Positions 52,579 to 64,000 of a DNA stretch of 64,000 bases are shown in pieces. The stretch lies in assembly GCA_040954595.2 (NCBI GenBank), contig CM082586.2:1803124-1867123 (forward strand). The letters are read 5' to 3'. The notes under the pieces are model-generated. The model searched no databases and was not told where the DNA came from. It saw only the letters and a program-made list of their open reading frames with translations. The position numbers and the translations under genes were made by a program. Each line of letters opens with the position of its first letter. Within the stretch, counting starts at the first letter, position 1. The stretch is from Balanoglossus misakiensis (lineage: Eukaryota > Animalia > Hemichordata).

Positions 52579-55500
52579 CTACAAAATATCTGGTGACACC
52601 TGTGCAAGATCGCGCGGCACTGTCAAAACAAAAATACTTTTTGGATCAAAGTTCGCCGGAAAGGGGGGAAGACACTTCCACGATAAATCTGCGATGTCAA
52701 ACGCGGCCACCTTGTGTTCTCCTAGGTAGTATACGCAACCATGGAAACCGATCGCACCGCGACCCTCCTTAAAACCAAACTCCCTGATTGGCGAGGAACT
52801 CAGGAGAGTGCGCGTGTTCGTCGCGGGATCAAATCTGAAGATGAAACAATTAAATGGGATGGCATCGTCAATCACATAGATGACGTCATCAAGGGACGTC
52901 ATGTGAGTGCAACGCCCGGACGGAAGAACTTGCTCGGAATTCAAATTTTCATTGAATCTCTGAGAGTCGGCGTAAAACCGAGAAATATGGCAAGTCCTAC
53001 TCGACAAGCCCCAATCACGACACAACAGGTAAACAACTCCGCTGCCATAGCAGCAGTCTCGCATCGTCCTCGTGTCTATGGAAACGGTATGCCACATGTT
53101 ATCCTCCGCATCGTACCTGTAACAACCTGGATACCCATCATGCAACAGGTAAAACGTCTTTTCAGCCGTAACGAGGAGGCGTGTCCTCCCGAAAGCCTTT
53201 TCGCTAGGAGATTTGAACCTTTTCCATTCGCCGATTCTGGTGTTGTATGAAAAAGTTTTGCTGACGGATACCACATCGTTCATATCGAAGAAAAACTGAC
53301 ACGATTCCTTCTCTCCTATAACACTTTTCCCCCCTACCGCATAAATGGTATCGTCCCACCCTGTTATATCGACATGCACGTTGTTGCTACGGAGAGACGG
53401 GGGCATGCCCGCCAGAAATTTCCACCCGCTTGTCCGTGCATCGTAAAAACTAACGATGTGGCCGTGTTTCTTGAAGGCGGGTGATGACGCCAACTTGTCT
53501 TTGTAGAATCCCGCCACGGCGATCACCTTTGTGGTAAAATGCTGCGCAGAGTCCCGAAACTGCGAAAGGTAGCCCTGAGAAAAAGTTGCGTTGCCGACTT
53601 TTGCCTTGTGAAAAGACATATCACCCTGCAAAACGCTGTAATTGCAATTTAAATATCTATAAATTAAGTCCTTTAGCTCAGTGACATGGTATTTATCGGC
53701 CAAGCTTAGGTAGGATTTCCAGTTCTTCAGGGTGATTATGTCTGCAAAGTTTGACCATATCGAAGTAACAAACAGAAAATTAGCTGCGGCTATAACTTCC
53801 TCGGCGTTGAAACCGTTCAATTCAACTTTTCCAAAGTACATAAAATTTAGTATGACGAGAAACGCATGCGTAGTTGGTGTGTCCCCTTTTAATTCGATTG
53901 TCTGCATCGAAACTGATTCGTTGGGTGAATTGTTCAGGTCTTTTTGACCAAAGTCGAACATGGCGCGAAAATACTCGCTTTTCTTGCATAGTACTTGCTT
54001 GTGAACTCGAAAACTCGAACTGCTGACTGTAATTTGCATATCCTGAGGTGCATCTGGATTATCAAGGCACTGAAATACCCGGATGTGGTTGCCATGATCG
54101 TCCCCGTTGCTAGGCCGTTCCTCCACGGAGCCATTCATCACCTGCTGATTGCCCGGATGTTGGTTTGCCGACACCTTTAAGAGAACATAAATGACAAACA
54201 CTGAGAAAACTGCCGAAAGTGCAGGTCAACCAAATTGCCAAATCCGGTTAAGATCTCTAGCCGCATGATTGAATCGATGCAAAATATCAAAGACTCGACT
54301 TCGGGTTACAAATGTCTTAAAAGCCAATTAAATTGATGATCGTGTCCTCTAAACCGAATGTAGTGTAATTACCGGGAATCGATTATTCAACGCAAATCTA
54401 AGAAAACGTGCGAGATACCTTTCTAGGTCACTCGGTGGTAATTGAGATATTTCAGTCGACTCAGTGAATTTGAAAAAGACTTGTATCTTTAAGACTATAA
54501 GGTTAGCTTGTACTGGAATGTCATTTTTTTTCTGAAAGTCTGTCTCCGATTTTGATTTGTTTAAAAAATGAAAACAGCATTTTCAAATCACTTGCCTTGA
54601 GAAAAATCTAAGCAACAAATTTATCCCCAACGTTTAATTCATTTGTAAAAGATATAAAACTGGAGATGCGGTTTTATATCGGTAAGTGGTTTTCAGAACC
54701 GATGGCTGCGTAAAACAGCTGCACTGTGTGCGGTTATTCTTATACTCCGTGACTATTTAAGATTCTGCATCACTTAGCTGACGAGAGAGAAGATGAAGGC
54801 CTTTTAGTCGCTTTCAAAGCCACATCCAGTCTACCTCGTGAAATCTTCTGTGCACTGACTCACTCGAAGGCTGAACGAACGCCTCTCTGTCTGTCTACTT
54901 TGTAGTTTGGCCACGCATCCGTGTAAAAGTCATTTCGAGTGACAGAATCGTTCGTGTAATCGCATCGTGTAGAATACGGTAATAGTCACGAACGCGTCAT
55001 CTAAAGGGGGGGGGGGGTATTGCTTCCTTCAAGAATACACTTTGCTCCCGGTAATGTAGTACGCTCCTCGAAAATCGAAGTCTGTAAGTTCCCCTCAAAT
55101 TTTGCTCAAGGCAAGATGTGAGTATTATCTCCGAAAGATATATTTTCATGACTTTCAAAGCCGGAAGACAAGTACCTAAAGTGTTTTCGTAGATCTTGCA
55201 AGGTTGGGCATTTTGCCTGATACTCGCACGCTCATATATATACGAGTACTGGGTCAGCACCATGGCGGGTGTAACGTTACTGCGCTATTTATTTGGTATC
55301 ATCGCAACCATACAATACAATGATATCACGTAGACGTGATATATCATCTGTTATATTATATGGAACTGCCGTGACATAGTTATCATAGTGCAAACATGCT
55401 GCGTGTCTGTGTATTTTGACACCATGACAGACGTTCGATTTTCATTTTCACTGCTGAACTCGCGCCCGCCAAACATTTCGCCCAGCACAAATTTTCACGT

Positions 55501-56166
55501 TTTCAAATAAAAAATACGAAGATCTGGTTAATTTTGGATCATATTGGCACAAAGTATTTCTAGCAATGTATGCGCTTCAAAACGAATCATATACACGGGC
55601 GATTTTTGTTGTTTCACCCTGCGAATTGTTCTGGTGGGAACCTTTTTAATCCTCAGGTGCTGGCGATCTTGACCTTATTTTTCAGTTCCTTTTCATTGTC
55701 GACACACCATGAATATTAACATCTATGAGTCAGCCCACTGACAAAACGGAAATAAAATCAACCTCGCGAATGACAATCTGTCTAATAATGAGTGATAATT
55801 TAATTAAAGCAACCACATTAAATAGGCGCGACAAATGCAACATAGGCTTAAATCAGACAAATGTAGAATTCGGTAATATTGATTTCTAGTTGCCAGGCAA
55901 ACATGTTATCTCCATTTCACGTGAACAATATCGATAAATTTCCATTAAGGTACAGGTAGAAGTAGGAAATATACACAGCAATGTTATAGACAGAATTATA
56001 TCTTCATCCAGTCGCAGAATCCGTGTCTCGTCCAAAAAAATAGTCTGCAACTTGTGCCGAGAATTTGTCTTAAAATTAGACTCACCTGCAAGTCGTGGTC
56101 ACTGCCGTCGTGAATAGTTTTACGACGATATCGTCGGCCGCAGAAGAGGCGTGTCAGGCAGGCCAT
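52579..56166 (-). CDS. BTB-BACK-Kelch (kelch-like/KBTBD) protein, putative Cullin-3 adaptor
   Basis: Large exon 52579-54174: BTB (DMQITV..FRVHKQVLCKKSEYFRAMF), BACK-like helices and degenerate Kelch repeats (IAVAG, IYAVGG, YDAEDNMW, FRFDPATN). Predicted first exon 56086-56166 (MACLTRLFCGRRYRRKTIHDGSDHDLQ|gtgagt) joins in phase 0. AATAAA on the minus strand near 52401 and 52420. Confidence 0.88.
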
Positions 56167-56934
56167 TGGCCCGTTATCTCATCGGCAACAGTAGTCGCCG
56201 ATATCTGATAACCCCTCGTCGATACGTCAACGCTCTCGAGGTTCACCTAACCGTCTTGAGTACCCGTGACAGACAGTGGACTCGATTTTGTGGCCAGTTC
56301 TTCTAACTATAGACTACACTATATCTAAATAGGAGCGACTTACACGCACTCGCCGCTTGATTCGCGCAGTAGTGACGAGTGTATTCCTATACAGTTCTAT
56401 CGACTGCTGGGTTCATGACCCCTTTCAGATAATGAATTCAAATAAGCACATGAATAATACATAAGAAAGTGTAATTTATGACTGTGAGAGCTGAAATAAC
56501 CATGCACTTTGTTTTGCGGGGATATTTAAAGCATCATAATTTGATGATTGCTATAATCACCACGACACCAATTTGCAAGTACATGTATTAACATGAATGA
56601 CTGCAAGATTTCAATTTCACTGGTCACGCCCCCCCCCCCCCCTCTCTCTCTCTCTCTCATTTTACATGTATATCAATGCTAGAAAAATATTTTATGGATT
56701 TATTTATATGCCATGTTTACAAAAAAGTGCACGAATATCGAATAGTGCTACCCCAATAAACAGTTCCGGTGTACAAGATGTTATGACAAGTTGATATTTG
56801 GCAGCAAAAAAGGTAAATAGTTTATCAAACGTTTATGAAACTGAGGAAGATCACCAAAAGATTGACAGTACAACCGTGTATAGCAATACAAAAAACTGTA
56901 GCCTAAACTAACTGCACAGTATGTATTTTAAAAG

Positions 56935-58364
56935 TCAATATGTGTCTACTATGAGGGTTCCCCAATCTCCTTGGTAACTGAATATAGCGGGCATCCCTGT
57001 CACAAAAGCAGGCAATGGCGTCGTTATTTGTTTAGGCGATGGGTTCGGTGACTGTCTACGTTCCCGTTTCTTGATATTTTCCTTCGATTCCATCATAGTC
57101 CGCGTGACGTCACGAAGCTCATCGGCGTGGTACCTTTGTGCCAGATCGGCATACACCTTGCAGTTTTTCGCGTTAACTATTTTCTCGTACTCTGTTTTCA
57201 GCGGCGACACTAGCAGAAACTCAGCGGCCGCAACAACCTCCTCGGCGCGAGACGACTTGAAGCAGAGCTGTCCGCCGTACATAAAATTCAGCAAGACTTG
57301 AAAGGCGTAGACAGTTGGAGTATTGCCTTGCAGTTTAACAACCCGACTGTCTTCGCTCACGGGGTCACTTTCTCTGAGACCGCAGTTGAACATGGCGTGG
57401 AAATATGCGCTCTTTTGGCACAATACCTGTCTATGAACATTAAATCGAGTGCCTTCAATCACAAGTTGAAGATCTGGAGATATGTCTACGTCTTTTTCGG
57501 GAGCAGTAACTGGAGCAGTAACTGGCTTACTTCCTCTCTTCGATTTCCAGATAAACTTTTTTGAAAGTTTTTCTGCGGGTTTGTTGTTGGAGTCCAGGCG
57601 ACATGTACCCTGGTAGGAATTGAAAGATAAAACAGTCTATTAATAAGATTTTCTAACAAGAATAGACCTACTGGCATAGGCCGCCATTTTTGTTTTCCAC
57701 CAAAATGCCCTTAACATGGGTGGGTTGTTCGTCCGAAAATAATAACTATACATGAGTCGGTCTAATAATAATTGTCACGTCGACATCACATAGGTCGAAC
57801 TCAAGGTCAACATTCACAAGCAACAGAAAAACTGTAAATAACCTGAAAATATCCTTAATTTCGACTAAAAATGGGTCAGTCTTTTAGTATACATGTACTT
57901 TCGCCGACATTTAACAATAGTGGTTATAACCCGCCCCGCCCCCCTGCCCAGTCTGTAGGTAATTCCGATCACATTTTCCATTATTTATGAGCGATAAATT
58001 ATGAGAGTTTAGAAACTGGTTTTCAGTTTGAGCAGAAGCCAACACACCCCTACCCTTACTTGTCCGCAAAAATTGAAATATTTCCTGGATTGCAGAGTAC
58101 ATAACTCTTAAAAAGGGTAACGAGAACGCATTTGTAGACTGTATGAAAATAACAGTTTCTTGAATGTCTAGAACCTGTATGCAGTATTATAATGGGAATA
58201 GACATATAAGTCTACCAGCGGGGATTGTTGTCTTGTGTGGGGGGTGGAACCAGAAATGCACGTTATACATCACATATGTCGAACTCAAGGTCAAACAGTG
58301 TGTATGATTCGCATGAAGTACCAACCTGTTTCTTCGGGTAACACGCCCTTCTGAAGAGAAACAT
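56935..58364 (-). CDS. BTB-domain protein lacking Kelch repeats, copy 1
   Basis: Exon 56935-57609 is open (675 nt; DLQLVIEGTRFNVHRQVLCQKSAYFHAMFNCGLRE..LLNFMYGG..AAEFLLV). Predicted first exon 58326-58364 (MFLFRRACYPKKQ|gttggt), phase 0. Confidence 0.8.
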
Positions 58365-59168
58365 TTTTTCCGGTTGTGTCGATGGTGATTGGATTCGGGT
58401 CCGGACAGCTAGCTGACTTTGTGGTCACAGAAATGTTAGGTATATACGAGTCGAGCCAACCGTCCATGCAAAGCAGCCTGTCACGCCCAAAAGCACCCAA
58501 AAATATAACAGGATCACAATTATAACAGCGACCCGGGGCAATCAGACGTGTTTTGAGAGATGTCGACCAATAGCAGCGCGTGTTCAGACGAGTTCGCTTG
58601 TGGCGTCTAGTCAGCTGGTAGTAGGCCTACGTGACGACAAAACAGGACCAACAACCGCGATACAAGATCTTTCGTACGCAAAAGCACAAGGGCAAAAACT
58701 TGTTCTCTATTTGACGGTCAAGGGTAACGTCCCTGATTGCTGTAGAAACGTGACGTTGGTAGTAGTGCCTTGTTGTGACGCCTATAAGGTCATTGAGTGC
58801 ACGCATAATGGTCAACTGTTGACCTAAATTTGCACCATAATAAAATATTGACGGCTGACCTAATGAACAAGTAAACACCGTATCAACAGAAGGTTATATA
58901 CGTGAGCCCTCTGTGGTTGGAACCATTGCGAGCTCGATGTGGCTAACACTATATACACATGATGACTGACAATGAGGGCAACAGTGTATTTTGATGACCG
59001 AGGGCACTGCTAGACACAACTAAAACAGTCTTGTTTTCCCGGGGGCATAGTTATTTGTAACAGCTGGTCATATACTGTAGTTGGATCAGAGAGCTTGAAA
59101 AATCTACCAAGAAAACCAACAATGTAAAATATGTCAAAAGTATCCCTTTACATCATTGTGTTAATGCA

Positions 59169-61281
59169 TTAATAAGCGTATGTCACGAACTGTCGCCCGT
59201 CTCCTTGGTAACTGAATATTGAGGACATCCAGCCTGTCACAAAAACAGACGGTGATTCTCGACGTTTAGGCGATGGGTTCGGTGACTGTCTTCGTTCCCG
59301 TTTCTTGATATTTTCCTTCGACTCCATCACAGTCCGCGTGACGTCACGAAGCTCATCTGCGTGGTACCTTTGTGCCAGATCGGCATACACCTTGCAGTTC
59401 TTCGCGTTAATTATTTTCTCGTACTCCGTTTTCAGTGGCGACACTAGCAGAAACGCAGCGGCTGCAACAACCTCCTCGGCGCGAGATGACTCGAAGCTGA
59501 GCTGTCCGCCGTACATAAAATTCAGCAAGACTTGAAAGGCGAAGGCAGTTGGAGTATTGCCTTGCAGTTTAACAACCCGACTGTCTTCGCTCACGGGGTC
59601 ATTTTCTCTGAGACCGCAGTTGAACATGGCGTGGAAATATGCGCTCTTTTGGCACAATACCTGTCTATGAACATTAAATTGAGTGCCTTCAATCACAAGT
59701 TGAAGATCTGGAGATATATCTACGTCTTTTTCATGAGCTATATCTAGTTTACCTCCTCTCTTCGATTTCCAGATAGACTTTTTTGAAACTTTTTCTGCGG
59801 GTTCCTTGGTGGAGTCCGGACATGTACCCTTGTGAAAATTGAAAGATAAAACACTCTGTTAAAATTACCTGATCATTTTAGTTTTTTGCTTTTTATTGTT
59901 TATGTATCTCGGATTCTTTAAACTACACCCCGAGTTTTAGTGGGGTTTTTTTACAAATTGGGACAATATCTCTTTATTTAAACTAAAGAACCAAATGGTT
60001 ACGTTGATCAAAATGGAATATGCATTAGAACAACGCACAACGTGTCGGGACGTGCATATAAAGCATATATTAATTTGAAAATCAAGATGCCCCCTTTCCG
60101 GTTATTATCGGCTGCACTTTCAATGACTTCAATGGTCGTTCAAAGAGTACATTCTCAATACTAGTATTAGGCCAAAACGTTGAAAAAATGAAGATGCGTG
60201 ATCAAACAGTCATGCTGTGTAATACATAAGCCCGCGCTTCAATGGAAGAAATTGTTTTCACCAAACGTAGTTCAACAACACGTTGTTTAGCGTGTACATG
60301 CCGGATGTAAAATCAATCAACAGAATAATAGTGATAATGACACGGATAATATAACGCTATTGTTATGCAAGCATTGAAACTTGTCCGCAAAAACAGAAGT
60401 ATGCCTTGGACTGGGATTTTGACTATAACGTTGACAATAACTTGGGTATTCCAGCTTCGATGCGAGCCAAAGGACGGAAAAGTATAACGAAATGAAGATA
60501 GAAGTTACCCATGCACGAACGTGGAAAGCACAGATTTGGTAAATAAATTAGACCGACATGCCAGCTAGACTTGGAGATTGATTCCGAGCGTTTAGATAAG
60601 TTTACCTACAAAATTCTGAATCCAGCAGAAACCCAGTCATTTTTCGACGACTAACCAGTGCAGTCAGCGAAAAAGTAAAACGAAATGCGGGTTGAGAGTT
60701 TGTACATACATCCCAATCTGGTGTTCGGGAGCAAAACAAACTTACAACATGTTTAATACTCGCAGTTTCTATTATTAAAGGGACAAAGTCTCTCTCTCGC
60801 TGCCCTTTTTTCCATTAATTATATTTGATACAAGACACCGTTTGTTATTCTACATATGGATATATAGTGAATGAACGTTCAACCACACACAACTTCCATC
60901 CCTCCTATAGACAGGAGAGTGAAAAAACTCGCCAAAATGAATAATCGTTCTTTACCATTTATTCATTTTGGGCGAGTTTTTACTCTCATATCATACAAGT
61001 GGGATGGAAGTTTTGTGTGGTTAATCATTGATTAACTATATATCCACATATACATTAACATAACCAGTGTCTTGTATCAAACATAGTTAATGGAAAAGGG
61101 GCAGCTGGAGAGAGACTTTGTCCTTTTAAGCTTATACATGTAAATGGAATTAAACAATATTCGGAAACTGAACTGTTTGTTACACACAGGCTCAGACAGC
61201 GTTCATGATTCGTCACGACAGAAGTACCATGGAAGTACCAACCTTTTTTTTCGGGTAACATAACCTCCTGAAGAGAAACAT
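59169..61281 (-). CDS. BTB-domain protein lacking Kelch repeats, copy 2 (recent tandem duplicate)
   Basis: Exon 59169-59828 is open (660 nt) and highly similar to copy 1. Predicted first exon 61243-61281 (MFLFRRLCYPKKK|gttggt); upstream 61200-61400 is homologous to 58300-58500. Confidence 0.8.
60775..61129. mobile_element. Palindromic MITE with TTAA flanks (T2/Kolobok-like termini)
   Basis: TTAA-AGGGACAAAGTCTCTCTC... ...GAGAGAGACTTTGTCCTT-TTAA; imperfect inverted repeat along almost the whole 355 bp (ttgatacaagacac/gtgtcttgtatcaa, aacttccatccc/gggatggaagtt, actcgccaaaatgaataa/ttattcattttgggcgagt). Confidence 0.85.
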
Positions 61282-62109
61282 ATTCTGCGTCGGTTGCTTT
61301 GGTTGGTGGTCGACTTCGGGCATCAAACGGCAGGTATATCGATCGCTTCGCGTATCGAGCCCCAGTCGTCCCATGCAAAGACGTCTTGCCACGCCCAAAA
61401 GTCATATCTGGACTGAGCGCCCTCATGCGGCAACAAGACCTGATTTCAACGTTCAGCTGAAATTCAACATCATCCCTTGTAAAGTCTTATATACGTGAAA
61501 AAAACACGTCGACATCTGAGACAATAATACAACTTTGTCCGTTTGACACTGGAAAAATTGTTCATGTAAGCTGGGCGCCCAGTTTGTAAAAAAATGTAGT
61601 CAAAAGATTTTCTTTCCGTTAAAGTTTTAATCTTGTCGAACCCTAACCCATCCCTTGTTTTATATCGATGTCAGTACCTTGATAATAACAGGGTGGGCCT
61701 ACTTATATTATTGACCCATGGAACGTCCGTAGTTAAACATTAAATCGTACAAAGTCCACATTTGCGGGTAGTTCGTGAACAACTCTTTACAGTCACATAC
61801 AAAATGTCTACAAATAGGCCTACAGATTTTACAGTGGCGTTAAAGAGTTTGCGGTCGTTTCAGGGTGCGTGAATTGAGGTGAAAATAAAATGTGTCACAT
61901 GCTTGATAAATGCAAATTAATTTATTTTGTATATCTTAAACTCTTGCTTGGCGTGACGATTAGTTTTCACTGCAAATACACCCAATGCAGAGGCCAGTGA
62001 TAGTCTTGTAGTGTTGTTACCTCTCAGTCGAGTAAACATGGTTTAAATACAATGAGATTTATGCAGGACAAGAACAAAATAACACTTCGAAACTCAACTT
62101 GGCAGCAAA

Positions 62110-62510
62110 ATGACTTCGTAGGAAGTGATGCAAAGGCTATTCTTAGTTCTACTTTAAAACTCAACTCTTAGCCAATCACAAACTTTTCTTAACAGACAAG
62201 AAACCAAACTTCCGGGTTCAAACTCGTCTATCGCGGGCGGTGTCAGAGGAGGTCAGCTATTGTGGGGATAGACGCAACTATTTTACGAAGTATTTCCGTG
62301 TACGTAACCGCTCCCCAAAGGGGCCGAAATTTGACCAAATCGGCGCATGGCAGCTCCGCGTTATTCAACCGAATCATAATGACGTGAAACTACCGACTTT
62401 TGGCTTTATGTTTTATTCAAATTGCGATGGAAAACGGGTTCAGCTCGGCGATTTGGAGTATGAAAAACTCTGTAGTGGTTGGTGTACTACTAGTGCTAGC
62501 TGTGGTAAGT
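62110..62510 (+). promoter_or_regulatory. Possible promoter and first exon of a further transcript
   Basis: GGAAGTGA (62121), GCCAATCA (about 62171), ACTTCCGG (about 62207), a CpG-rich stretch, then a G|GTAAGT donor-like site at about 62504. No product recognised. Confidence 0.25.
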
Positions 62511-64000
62511 ACTAACCCCCCTTGTGTGCTGTGTTCTTGTATTTGAATGAAAATACCCATTGCCATGGCGACAATACAGTAGCCAGGGCGAGGAAGAACT
62601 ATAGTAAAACTAACTTCACTACCTAGATAGAGAGTTTTTTGTTGGCAAGTAGCCTTTTTTATTTTTTGGAAAATGTACTTCCTCGTATGTGTATGTGTAC
62701 TTATTGTGTGACGTGCCTGAAATATACCACCAGCATGCGTTGCACTTGTGTGCTAACTATCCCTGGATATGTTCATTTCAGTTATATTGTGATACAAAAC
62801 ATACTGTTAAAAGCTTCCAATATGTCTATGCACGATGACTTTTCGCTTGGCTACTACTACTATCGCGGTGTAGGGCAAGCTGTACAGTGGCCTGATCGCA
62901 GTCAGTTTTAATGTGGTCCTTGTCCTGTCGAACGGCGGCGCGCCATTGTGTGGACAGAACCTCGAACCCGTGACCGACACATAATAGACACCGCGCCGCG
63001 CGCACTCACTGCGTGCCAAAGCCTATTGTTTCGCAAGAAAAGAAACGCATTCCTCACGTTGTACCGACCAAGTTTCTCAGTTTCTTTCGTACGTGAACTT
63101 GAAGTAAATGTGTACTTTTGATGAACAATTCCTTGCAATTTTTGACCTGAGTCTTACAGAATAAACAATATTCCAAATTCACAGAACGCAGGTTGACGCT
63201 TCCAAATGACGTAGTAGGACACACGCAGCCTCTTCGGGTATACGCGTACGGTCACGTCTAATTTACATATGTCTATATATGGTCATAGGGCGTGTCAAAG
63301 TCTTCCAATACTTGAGGTGGTGCATTTTTTTCGGATGTGCCACCAACTAAAACTCTGTGATTAGTTGTATTTCATTTTCCTTTGGCAACAGTGTTGAAAT
63401 TGACATAGGTGACCTAATACCTGGTTCTCCTAATTGATATGTTAATTGCCCATTAATACATTAATCTGCTCTGAAAGTTTTGTTTAGGGAATAATTTTCT
63501 AACTGTCTGGCCAAGTTGATAATTACATTAGGTGAGGTTTTTTTGGACAACTACAATCTACTTAGTGATGTAAGAGTATAACGATGAATTTGATAAGGCA
63601 TATTTTAACCTAAAGTGTGCATACCAATAAAATTCCATACCAATTACCAATTAAATTCCGGCTTTCATTCATATGTTCATGGAAATGGGAATCTTGTTAC
63701 ATCCGCCCATTTCTCAGTAATACGGACCTAGTGACATTCATGTCCGGAAGAAAGTCAGTCTGTTAAAGTTGATAGAATAGTAAAACTGACAGCTATAAAT
63801 TTTTACAGCTTTGCAGAATATTTGTCCGGTGACATGTCAGTGTTTGATTTGGTTGTTAATTAACTTTTTTTTCGTATAGCCCCAAATGTCTTTTTGTGTT
63901 AATGTTTCTATATTGAAATCGAAAAACGTTTGAATGTTCAAAGTAACTTCTCTCTTATTACCGAACAGAAAAGAAACTGGGAAAACAAATAACTATTTGA

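Noticed and set aside
52741-53250. 169-aa plus-strand ORF
   Set aside because: Antisense shadow of the Kelch coding exon.
57666-57692. Alternative start ATGGCGGCC for BTB copy 1
   Set aside because: The nearby donor gives phase 1, which is incompatible with the phase-0 acceptor, and it is not conserved in copy 2.

Overview
Eukaryotic, intron-containing animal DNA; the gene content and style suggest an invertebrate deuterostome such as a hemichordate or echinoderm (inference). Left to right: (1) two tandem minus-strand, divergent nicotinic-type Cys-loop receptor subunit genes, the first cut by the window edge; (2) TXNDC5/ERp46 (three CGHC thioredoxin domains, HDEL); (3) a five-exon secreted ML-domain (MD-1/MD-2-like) gene that the ORF track shows only in fragments, with NF-kB, Ets-IRF and TATA motifs upstream; (4) BMP5/6/7/8 (six coding exons, about 9.4 kb first intron); (5) a satellite array of about 24.8 kb between two convergent 3' ends, with an 87-bp domain and an 88-bp domain, higher-order blocks and a decaying right edge; (6) a BTB-BACK-Kelch gene and two Kelch-less BTB paralogs, all with a small Cys/basic first exon; (7) two MITE-like inverted-repeat elements. 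The long repetitive ORFs in the satellite are most likely artefacts of a unit length divisible by three. All gene models were assembled by eye from GT-AG sites and frame continuity; no database search was run.
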